Source: Bacteroidia bacterium (GTDB lineage: Bacteria > Bacteroidota > Bacteroidia > UKL13-3). From it: a stretch of DNA of 64,000 nt. The notes beneath the pieces were generated by a model that ran no database searches, was not told where the DNA came from, and worked only from the letters and a program-made list of their open reading frames with translations. Positions 55,183 to 63,372 of the stretch are shown here, in pieces (position 1 is the first letter of the stretch; each line of letters starts with the position of its first letter). Made by a program: the position numbers and the translations under genes. The stretch is taken from the NCBI GenBank assembly GCA_040403075.1, contig JBBALJ010000001.1, positions 18,731 through 82,730 on the forward strand, given 5' to 3'.

Positions 55183-57672
55183 TTATAATCCAAGTATTCG
55201 TTTCCACAATGGTTTCTTACTTACATCCAAATTATCACCATATCCATACTGATTACCGTAGCCATAGCCATAACCATAACCGTAGCCGTAGCCATAACCA
55301 TAGCCGTAACCATAACCGTAGCCATACGCTCCATAACCATATCCATAAACAGCTGCAAAATTGATATCATTAAATACCAAACCAATCTTCTGTTCTGAAG
55401 AGTTTTTGTATAGTTCGTTTACAATATTTAAGTAATTGTTTTTACTTACTTTCTGACGTACCACGTATAGAAACAGATCTGAATATTTCATGATATCTAG
55501 AGCATCGGCTACCAACCCTATTGGTGGCGTATCCAGTATAATGTAATCATACTTATCTTTTAAAGACGTCAATAATTCTGAGAATTTTTCTGACATAATC
55601 AACTCGGAAGGATTAGGAGGAGTTGGACCAGCAGTAATAATATCTAAGTTAGTTAATAAACTATGCTGAATAATTTCATCTTCATTTAATTTTCCAATAA
55701 GATAATTTGTTAAGCCATAAGAGTTATCCAATTTAAAATCTTGGAAAATTTTAGGCTTACGTAAATCGAGACCTATAAGCAATGTCCTATATCCACCAAT
55801 GGCAAGAACAGAACTTAAGTTCATAGACACAAAAGTCTTACCCTCACCGCTGACAGTAGAACTTACAATAATAATTTTGTTGGGTTTATCTGTAATAAAG
55901 TAATTCAAATTACTCCTTAAATTTCTAAATGACTCGGCAATGGCCGATTTAGGGTGATCGGCAATAACAAGCGAAGAAGATTTGTCATTATGAGTAATGT
56001 TCCCTACTAATGGAATGGTCGTTAATGACAATAATTGACTATGGTTATTTATAGAATTACTAAAAAAATCCATAATGAAGATAACAATAATTGGAAACAT
56101 CAAACCAATTGATAATGCAACCAAAAAATTGGCTGAAGTATTCGGATATGTTTGATTAATCAAAACAGCCTCATCAACAATTTTATTATCTGAAATATTT
56201 GAAGCCCCTGCAATTCCTGCCTCAGCCCTCTTTTCCAAAAGATAGTTATATAGCTTGTCACTTAGCTTATACTTTCTTTCGATATTTAATAACTGTTGCT
56301 CCGTTTTAGGCAGTTTACTCAGTTCTTTTTCAATTTCATTAATCCTTTCACTAATGTCTCTAACAACAATGTTCGAACTTTCTTTGATGTTCCTGACATT
56401 CTCAACCAAGGTTCTCTTTAAAGTTTGTATATTATTATCTATCTCAATAAGTAATGGATTTTTATCTTTTAATGAAAGCTCAAGAACTGATTTTTTTCCA
56501 TACAAATCAGCCAACTTTAAAATCAAGGTATTTAACAATGGATCTGCTATACCAATGGTACTTGGTGCAATGATTTCATTAAATTTCTTATTTTTATCAA
56601 TATATTCTTGTAGATAAGAATAATACTTAAATTTTAATTCTTCTTGAGCCTTGGTATTTTCTAAACCATTTAAGTTAATAACAATGCTTCTACCTTCGTC
56701 ACTTAAATTGAAAATTCTGTTTTCCCTTCTAAAATCTTGTCTATTTGATTCATAAAAAGTCAAAGAATCGCTTATGCCTACTAACTGTTCATCAATAAAA
56801 TTGATTGTATTTTTAGTAACAATATTTTTATCCTCTAAACCACTATTCACGTATGTACGCATCAACTCGTTTAGAAATTTCATATCCTTTTTAGGGGAAT
56901 TTCCTTCCTTAGTTATTTCAACAATACTTGACTGTTTATTAATTGCTTTAATATTGTACATATTAACATACCTCTTAAACAATTTCTCGTTAGAATTTAA
57001 TATGAAAGAGTATATGTTATTCTTATCTATAGCATTTACATCCAAAATTTGAACTTTAAATTTAAAGAATTCAGTTTCGATGTAATCGTCAATTTTAAAT
57101 GCTAATTTTTCTATTTTCTTTGTTCTTACGTTATACGCCTCCTCGGTGGCAGGAAGTCTTACTGAAATACCTTTATTATCAGTTATACTTAAGATAATCG
57201 ATGTATCATCCTTAAATTGAATATGAAATTCAGTATCATAGCTTTGCAAATGAGTGCTATCAATAACCACAATAAATGGTGACATTCCATATAAATCATT
57301 TCTTTTTACAGAACCGATTTCAAAATAATCAATCTTAAAATCAAGATATGCCAAGGTTTTTTTTACCATGTTTTTTGACTTCAAGATTCCAATTTCATTT
57401 TCCAAATTTTTCGAAGTATTTAATAGAGACATACCAGAAAGGAAATTATCAGCTCCATCAAAACTCTTAGCACCACCTTTCTCTTTTATCAAAATGGTTG
57501 ACCTCACCAAATAACGCGCAGTTGAGTATCTGTTAACCAAAAACGCAATAAATAAGCTTAGTAAAAGACAAACTAGAACATAGGGTAAAAAAGCTAATAA
57601 TTTACCTATGATAATTTTAAAACTAAGCTGAGAATTTAATGTTTCTGTAATTTTATTAGTTGATTCGCTCAT
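55183..57672 (-). CDS. wzc: Wzc-like chain-length determinant / BY-kinase (polysaccharide co-polymerase + tyrosine autokinase)
   Basis: 829 aa. TM, a long coiled periplasmic domain, a second TM (FLVALSIGLMFPIIVIFIM), Walker A VSSTVSGEGKTFV, Walker A'/B regions (ILDTPP), and a C-terminal Tyr cluster. Confidence 0.9.
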   Translation of the reverse strand: MSESTNKITETLNSQLSFKIIIGKLLAFLPYVLVCLLLSLFIAFLVNRYSTARYLVRSTILIKEKGGAKSFDGADNFLSGMSLLNTSKNLENEIGILKSKNMVKKTLAYLDFKIDYFEIGSVKRNDLYGMSPFIVVIDSTHLQSYDTEFHIQFKDDTSIILSITDNKGISVRLPATEEAYNVRTKKIEKLAFKIDDYIETEFFKFKVQILDVNAIDKNNIYSFILNSNEKLFKRYVNMYNIKAINKQSSIVEITKEGNSPKKDMKFLNELMRTYVNSGLEDKNIVTKNTINFIDEQLVGISDSLTFYESNRQDFRRENRIFNLSDEGRSIVINLNGLENTKAQEELKFKYYSYLQEYIDKNKKFNEIIAPSTIGIADPLLNTLILKLADLYGKKSVLELSLKDKNPLLIEIDNNIQTLKRTLVENVRNIKESSNIVVRDISERINEIEKELSKLPKTEQQLLNIERKYKLSDKLYNYLLEKRAEAGIAGASNISDNKIVDEAVLINQTYPNTSANFLVALSIGLMFPIIVIFIMDFFSNSINNHSQLLSLTTIPLVGNITHNDKSSSLVIADHPKSAIAESFRNLRSNLNYFITDKPNKIIIVSSTVSGEGKTFVSMNLSSVLAIGGYRTLLIGLDLRKPKIFQDFKLDNSYGLTNYLIGKLNEDEIIQHSLLTNLDIITAGPTPPNPSELIMSEKFSELLTSLKDKYDYIILDTPPIGLVADALDIMKYSDLFLYVVRQKVSKNNYLNIVNELYKNSSEQKIGLVFNDINFAAVYGYGYGAYGYGYGYGYGYGYGYGYGYGYGYGNQYGYGDNLDVSKKPLWKRILGL
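55237..55347 (-). repeat. Coding (Tyr-Gly)n repeat at the Wzc C-terminus
   Basis: 17 YG dipeptides arranged 3 + 12 + 2 (VYGYGYGAYG(YG)11NQYGYGDN). They are encoded by mixed synonymous codons (TAT/TAC; GGT/GGC/GGA). Confidence 0.9.
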
Positions 57673-57675
57673 AAT

Positions 57676-58485
57676 TTACTTTGATCCAAAAATAATGTAA
57701 GTACTAAGTACAAAAAATAAAGTATTGGCAATAGTAGCTATTGTGGTTAAGGTGCTGGTGGCTGAACTCAGGTTACCCAATTCACGCATCCTTAGAGGTT
57801 CCACGTAAATTACGTCATTTGGTTTTAAATAAAAATAAGGTGATTCTAATAAATGAACGTCCAATATATTGACTTGGTGAATTTTTATACCTTCAGGATA
57901 TTGTCTAACAATACTTATTTTAGATCTATTGGCTAATGGAGTTAAATCCCCAACATAAGCTAGGGCTTCTAAAATATTAACTTGGCCCTGCATAAATGCA
58001 TATTTCCCTGGTCTATTTACCTCACCTAAAACACTGTACCTGAATTCAGCAAATTGGACGCTTAAATGATAATTTTTAAAATATTTATTTAATTCTGTTC
58101 TTATAGATAAACTAGCTTCTTGAATTGTTTTTCCCAACAAATTAACTTTACCAATTATAGGTAGCATAATATTACCAGAATCATTTATACTATAGCCAGT
58201 ATAATATAGCATTCCCCCAGCACCACCACTGGTCATTGACATGGTTGCCCCAGTTGATGGGGCAGAGTTAAATATTTTCGTAATTGATTCATCTTCAGAT
58301 GCGATATTTATTGCTAAGATATCATTAACTTGTAACCTATAATTTGGTTTATTAATTTTTATATAATCAGTTGAACTATCAACTTTGTGATTGCTATTCT
58401 GAAGATATACGTATTTTCGATTGCTAATGCAAGAGGACAAATACAATATTCCGATACCTAAAAACAATAATAATTTCGATTTCAT
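57676..58485 (-). CDS. wza: Wza-like polysaccharide export outer-membrane lipoprotein (short Bacteroidota type)
   Basis: 269 aa. Lipobox LYLSSC, Poly_export-like YRLQVNDILAINI, an SLBB-like segment (GEVNRPGKY...ILEALAYVGD) and a C-terminal hydrophobic helix. Confidence 0.8.
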   Translation of the reverse strand: MKSKLLLFLGIGILYLSSCISNRKYVYLQNSNHKVDSSTDYIKINKPNYRLQVNDILAINIASEDESITKIFNSAPSTGATMSMTSGGAGGMLYYTGYSINDSGNIMLPIIGKVNLLGKTIQEASLSIRTELNKYFKNYHLSVQFAEFRYSVLGEVNRPGKYAFMQGQVNILEALAYVGDLTPLANRSKISIVRQYPEGIKIHQVNILDVHLLESPYFYLKPNDVIYVEPLRMRELGNLSSATSTLTTIATIANTLFFVLSTYIIFGSK

Positions 58486-58497
58486 TTTTTTACACTA

Positions 58498-59016
58498 TCA
58501 ATTTAACAATTTTAAACTATTCAATGGTAAATTTACAATCACATTCTGCTTAATACTGTTAAAATTAACCATAACTTGTTTAACACTTCTATATTCAACT
58601 ATTTGCCCTTTAATTCCAATCATGGGACCAGAAATAATTTCAACATTATCACCAACAGCTACATCCTCAAAAAGCACATTTAATTCAAAATTAGAACCTA
58701 GCATTTTCCTTATAAAAGCTATATCCTTTTCACTTACAACCACAGGTGACTTTTCAAAGTTTACAAATTTAACAATTCCATTCACATTTAATATGTCATA
58801 ATAATAACTTATACTAGTGTTAATGAATAAATAACTTTTAAACAAGGGCTCCTCAACCCATTTTTTCCTATCACTCCATTGTTTCAATGTTCTATTCAAT
58901 GGCAAATACGTCTCAAAACCAAGTAATTGAAGTTCGGCATCAACCTTTTTCTCGTATCGAGGCTTGGTATACAATAAGTACCATTTTTTGTTTTTATCTT
59001 TTATGTTAATAAACAA
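58498..59016 (-). CDS. UpxY-family (NusG/RfaH-like) transcription antiterminator, first gene of the locus
   Basis: 172 aa. KWYLLYTKPRYEKKV NGN-domain start and a C-terminal KOW-like GDNVEIISGPMIGIKGQIVE. The annotated start is TTG (59014-59016), an in-frame TGA lies two codons upstream, and there is no in-frame ATG before the KWY motif. Confidence 0.8.
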   Translation of the reverse strand: MFINIKDKNKKWYLLYTKPRYEKKVDAELQLLGFETYLPLNRTLKQWSDRKKWVEEPLFKSYLFINTSISYYYDILNVNGIVKFVNFEKSPVVVSEKDIAFIRKMLGSNFELNVLFEDVAVGDNVEIISGPMIGIKGQIVEYRSVKQVMVNFNSIKQNVIVNLPLNSLKLLN

Positions 59017-59046
59017 CTTTCAGAAAACTAATTGAGCACCTACTTT

Positions 59047-59054
59047 CAAATTTA
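59047..59054 (-). promoter_or_regulatory. Candidate -7 promoter box (TAAATTTG = TAnnTTTG) for the polysaccharide locus
   Basis: The plus strand reads CAAATTTA 31-38 nt upstream of the TTG start. TTG triplets (plus-strand CAA at 59068-59073) lie only 13-16 nt further upstream, which is shorter than the usual spacing. Confidence 0.2.
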
Positions 59055-59263
59055 AATATCTACAAATCAACAACTAATAACATTACATTTTATACTAAAG
59101 TAATAAATTTAAAGTTAAAAAATTTTTAATCTCGTTCGCGAATATGAACAAATAATATCATCTCTGCAAATTTGATTTTTCAATATATTAAATGTAAACC
59201 GCTGTAAAATTAGGGTGAATATATAAAAAATCAATTTAAAACCTACTATCAAAACCTTAGCTA

Positions 59264-60895
59264 TCAGAGATTTTCTTTCAATATATTATTTAACCATTTC
59301 AACAAGATAAACATTACAAAAGCAGCAAAACAAAGTAAAACAAAGTTAACTAGAAAAAAGTTTGCTTTGTTCTCATAACCATCCCACAAGGTTGCCAAAA
59401 TACCCGAAAGTTTATTACCTATCGAAGTTGAAAGGAACCAGCCACCCATCATTAATGCTGTCAATCGCTTTGGACTTAACTTAGAAACCAAAGAAAGGCC
59501 CATTGGGCTCAAAAACAATTCACCAATTGTAACGACACCATAGCAACTAATCAGCCATAATGGAGAGGCCTTTTCAGCACCATTATCACAATAATATACA
59601 GCAGCCACCATGACTAATGTACTCAACGAAGAGACGAGCAATCCAAATGCAATTTTCGTTGCGGTACTTGGCTCAACTTTTCGTTTTTTTAACAATGCGA
59701 AAAAAGAAACAACAACTGGAGTCAAAATTATGACCCACAGAGGATTAATAGATTGAAATAACTCCGTATTAAACAAAAAAACTTCAGAATTTTCAGGCGG
59801 AACTAAGTCTGCTTGCAAGTTTCTAAAATATACGGGTCTATCCCATACCTTTTTTGCTTTGCCGTTTTCCTTAATTAGAGAAAATTTATCTGTATAGGCC
59901 TCGACAGAATCAACACGATATACAAGCTTCTCTGCTTGGTAAAGATTTTCTGCTACTGGTTTTATAGTTGTTGGTACTTCTCTATCGGTGTAATATTGAG
60001 CCCAAGTTGTGAGTGCTGTTCCATTTTGTTTGAATACAGCCCAAAACATAACAGAAACTAGCATGATTGCCAAAAGTGCAGCTAAAGGTTTTTTGTCTGA
60101 AGTATTAGCCTTTACATACAATCCAACATAAAAAATAATGATAGGAATAGTTGCAAAAATAAAGGCATCTGTACTATCACTTCCAAAGATATTTCCAGGT
60201 ATTGTCCAAGCGCCTATACCAACCACAATAGCTGGTAAAAACACAGTGGCAAATATTTTTGATAAAGGCATATCTTCCTTCTGAACGGGCTTTAAAACAT
60301 CAGCATGTTTATAATGACGAAGACCTATAAAATAAACAATTAGTCCAACAAACATTCCTATACCGGCAGTAGCAAATGCATAACTCCAACCATATTTATT
60401 TCGCATGAATGCTGCGATAAATGTGCAACTTGCCGCACCAATATTTATCCCTGAATAGAAAATATTATATCCAGAATCTTTTAATTGTTTATACTTTTCA
60501 TCATTATATAAATTGCCAAGTAAAGTGGATATATTTGGTTTAAAAAAACCATTTCCCAATACAATAAGAAATAATGATAAATAAAAATAACTAGTTCCAG
60601 GAATAGCCAATCCAAGATAACCAATTCCCATTAATGCTCCACCGATAAATATCGATTTGCTATATCCTAAAATTCGGTCAGCCAAAAGACCGCCTAGAAA
60701 TGGAGTTAAAAATACAAATGCAATAAAAGTTCCATAAATATCCGCTGCATCTTTTCTATCCATTCCAAGACCTCCCTTCTCAACTGAGGTGGTTAGATAT
60801 AATTGAAAAATACCAATCATTAAATAGTAGCCAAAACGCTCCCACATTTCGGTGAAAAATAGGAATGGCAGTCCTAGAGGGTGTTTGTTTTTCAT
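59264..60895 (-). CDS. POT/PTR2-family di-/tripeptide:proton symporter
   Basis: 543 aa. HPLGLPFLFFTEMWERFGYYLM and GNGFFKPNISTLLG (PTR2 signatures), with a large central loop. Confidence 0.9.
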   Translation of the reverse strand: MKNKHPLGLPFLFFTEMWERFGYYLMIGIFQLYLTTSVEKGGLGMDRKDAADIYGTFIAFVFLTPFLGGLLADRILGYSKSIFIGGALMGIGYLGLAIPGTSYFYLSLFLIVLGNGFFKPNISTLLGNLYNDEKYKQLKDSGYNIFYSGINIGAASCTFIAAFMRNKYGWSYAFATAGIGMFVGLIVYFIGLRHYKHADVLKPVQKEDMPLSKIFATVFLPAIVVGIGAWTIPGNIFGSDSTDAFIFATIPIIIFYVGLYVKANTSDKKPLAALLAIMLVSVMFWAVFKQNGTALTTWAQYYTDREVPTTIKPVAENLYQAEKLVYRVDSVEAYTDKFSLIKENGKAKKVWDRPVYFRNLQADLVPPENSEVFLFNTELFQSINPLWVIILTPVVVSFFALLKKRKVEPSTATKIAFGLLVSSLSTLVMVAAVYYCDNGAEKASPLWLISCYGVVTIGELFLSPMGLSLVSKLSPKRLTALMMGGWFLSTSIGNKLSGILATLWDGYENKANFFLVNFVLLCFAAFVMFILLKWLNNILKENL

Positions 60896-60913
60896 AAATT
60901 TTAAGGGTTATTA

Positions 60914-60947
60914 AACAAAAAATAAGTCTTGCCAAGACAAGACTTAT
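60914..60947 (-). terminator. Rho-independent terminator after the upstream POT gene
   Basis: 11-bp perfect stem AATAAGTCTTG/CAAGACTTATT (60920-60930 / 60937-60947) with a 6-nt loop. On the minus strand it is followed by a T-run (plus-strand CAAAAAA at 60914-60920). Confidence 0.7.
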
Positions 60948-60973
60948 TTTAATTATTTTGTTAAGGAAGATGG

Positions 60974-62497
60974 TTAAACACCATGCATCATTTTTTGTAA
61001 GGTCTTAGTTAATCCAAATAAAATTACTGAAGCAATACCAGACAATACCACAAAAATCATGAAGAATTCAAACAAACCTGTGATTTCGAATCCCATAAAT
61101 GATGGATGCATTGCCAAGGTTGGATCAGGGTACAATCCGCTTAAAGTACCAGCAAATTTATTAGCTGCAGCGGTTGATAAAAACCAAACGCCCATAAGTA
61201 GAGATGCAAACTTAGCTGGAGCCAATTTTACTACCATAGCTAAACCAATTGGTGATAAACATAATTCACCGATGGTATGAAGCAGGTACAAACTGAAAAG
61301 CCACATGATACTAACTTTGATATTAGGGTCTAATCCCTTTACTCCAAAGGCAATTACTAAGTAACCTATCGATAAAAACATCAAGCCAAATGCTTGCTTA
61401 GTAGGAGATGCAGGTTCCATATTTTTGTTCCCCAAAAAGGTCCAAAACATAGCAAATAAAGGAGCCAGAATTACAATTAGCACAGCATTGATTGATTGGA
61501 AGAAACTTGCAGGTACCTCTGTACCTAATATATTTCTATCAGTTTGTTCTTCAGCAAAGAAGGTTAAAGATGCCCCAGCTTGCTCAAATGCTGCCCAGAA
61601 GAAAATAACAAAAAAAGCTAGAATATAAATCACCCAAATTCTTTGCTTTTCAATTGGAGTAATGGTTTTATCAGTAATAATAGCCGCTGGACCTATAATC
61701 GTAATTGAGAATATAGCTGAACCAATTAATCCCAAATCCATAACATTAAAGAATAATACAAATAAGCCAATTGAAGCTCCAGCCCAAATAAACATTTGAG
61801 ATATTGGCATCTTTGGGGCTTTCTTTTCATGGGCTTCCACTACTTTTTTCTTAGGAACCATACCAATACCATGGCCTTCAGGAGTTACTATATACTTATT
61901 TTTAAGTAATTCAAATGAAATCATACTTACCACCATACCAATACAAGCTGCAAGAAATCCCCATTTAAAGTCAGCTGCGTTTCCAGTATCACCAAATCCA
62001 CCACAAACCAAAGGAGCAATAAAAGCACCTAAATTGATACCCATGTAAAATATGGTAAAAGCTGAATCTACTCTTTTATCGCCCTCAGGATATAATTGAC
62101 CAACCATTGTAGAAATATTTGGTTTGAAAAATCCATTTCCGAAAATCAAGAAGCCGAGACCTAGAAACAACATTGGTTGAGCAAAACCAATATTTGTATA
62201 GTTTGAAGCAGAAATAAACATACATAATTGGCCAAGGGCCATCAAAACCCCACCAAACAAAATTGATTTTCTATTACCCCAGTATCTATCGGCTACATAG
62301 CCTCCAATAAGTGGTGTTAAGTATACCAAACCAGTATAACTACCATATACTTCTGAGGTAAATGCTTTATCAAATAATAATGCTTTTACCATGTATAAAG
62401 TAAAAATAGCGCGCATGCCATAGTAGCTGAAACGTTCCCACATTTCAGTAAAAAACAAAAGGTATAAACCCTTAGGATGTTTTTGTTGTGTACTCAT
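60974..62497 (-). CDS. POT/PTR2-family di-/tripeptide:proton symporter (paralog)
   Basis: 507 aa. HPKGLYLLFFTEMWERFSYYGMRAIF and GNGFFKPNISTMVGQLY. Confidence 0.9.
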   Translation of the reverse strand: MSTQQKHPKGLYLLFFTEMWERFSYYGMRAIFTLYMVKALLFDKAFTSEVYGSYTGLVYLTPLIGGYVADRYWGNRKSILFGGVLMALGQLCMFISASNYTNIGFAQPMLFLGLGFLIFGNGFFKPNISTMVGQLYPEGDKRVDSAFTIFYMGINLGAFIAPLVCGGFGDTGNAADFKWGFLAACIGMVVSMISFELLKNKYIVTPEGHGIGMVPKKKVVEAHEKKAPKMPISQMFIWAGASIGLFVLFFNVMDLGLIGSAIFSITIIGPAAIITDKTITPIEKQRIWVIYILAFFVIFFWAAFEQAGASLTFFAEEQTDRNILGTEVPASFFQSINAVLIVILAPLFAMFWTFLGNKNMEPASPTKQAFGLMFLSIGYLVIAFGVKGLDPNIKVSIMWLFSLYLLHTIGELCLSPIGLAMVVKLAPAKFASLLMGVWFLSTAAANKFAGTLSGLYPDPTLAMHPSFMGFEITGLFEFFMIFVVLSGIASVILFGLTKTLQKMMHGV

Positions 62498-62593
62498 ATT
62501 ATCAAGTAAATTTTTATAATGTTTGATTGCAATATAAAAGTTGACATTGCAAATACAAGGTTTTGTAAAAACATTTTATTAAGATTGCCCTAA

Positions 62594-63370
62594 ATGAAGA
62601 AATTAATTTTATCAGCCTGCACCATTGGAATACTTTCAATACTAAGTGGATGTGACTCTTTACAGCAGTTATCTCAGCAAAATGGATTACCGAAATTCCC
62701 AAATACTACTAGTATTCCTGGTTTAAATTTACCTTTAAGCAATGAAGAAGTAATTAAAGGACTTAAAAGTGCTCTAAGCGTTGGTACCGATACATCAATC
62801 TCGATACTAGGGAGAACAAATGGCTACTTTAGTGATGCATTAATTAAATTAGCATTACCGCCCGAGGCACAGCCCATTGTTAATAATATCACTAAAATCC
62901 CAGGTGGTCAAAAACTATTAAATGATGCCATACTTGCTATTAACAGAGCAGCTGAAGATGCCGCACCTCAAGCAAAAACCATTTTTGTAAATGCTATTAC
63001 AGGAATAAGCATTGCTGATGGATTCAATATTCTAAATGGAGGTAATAATGCTGCTACTACTTATTTAAAAAACCAAACTTATAACCAACTTACGGATGCT
63101 TTTGCCCCAAGAATCAGAACATCTTTAAGCAAACCTTTGGTTTTAGGTATTTCTGCAGAGTCAGCCTATAAAACATTAATTGATGGATATAATACTGCCT
63201 CTATGAATGGACTATTATTCCAACAAGTAAAGCAAAATTCATTGGCAACTTATACCACCCAAAAAGCTTTGGATGGTTTGTTTTTAAAGGTTGCAAATGA
63301 AGAGACAAAAATTCGTCAAGATGTTTCTCATAGAATTAATGACATCTTGAAGAGGGTATTTGGTAAGTAA
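62594..63370 (+). CDS. DUF4197-like lipoprotein
   Basis: 258 aa. Lipobox ILSGC. EEVIKGLKSALSVGTDTSISILGRTNGYFSDALIKLALPPEA resembles the DUF4197 N-terminal pattern as I recall it. Confidence 0.6.
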   Translation: MKKLILSACTIGILSILSGCDSLQQLSQQNGLPKFPNTTSIPGLNLPLSNEEVIKGLKSALSVGTDTSISILGRTNGYFSDALIKLALPPEAQPIVNNITKIPGGQKLLNDAILAINRAAEDAAPQAKTIFVNAITGISIADGFNILNGGNNAATTYLKNQTYNQLTDAFAPRIRTSLSKPLVLGISAESAYKTLIDGYNTASMNGLLFQQVKQNSLATYTTQKALDGLFLKVANEETKIRQDVSHRINDILKRVFGK

Positions 63371-63372
63371 CC

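Noticed and set aside
59017-59263. Invertible (phase-variable) promoter upstream of the UpxY-like gene, as in Bacteroides capsule loci
   Set aside because: By eye there is no pair of inverted repeats of about 12 bp or more flanking the region, and no nearby recombinase gene. Only an 8-bp TTCGCGAA palindrome and AT-rich short repeats are present.
62514-62702. 62-aa minus-strand ORF between the POT gene and the DUF4197-like gene
   Set aside because: It overlaps the start and signal-peptide region of the better-supported plus-strand lipoprotein gene, and it has no motifs.
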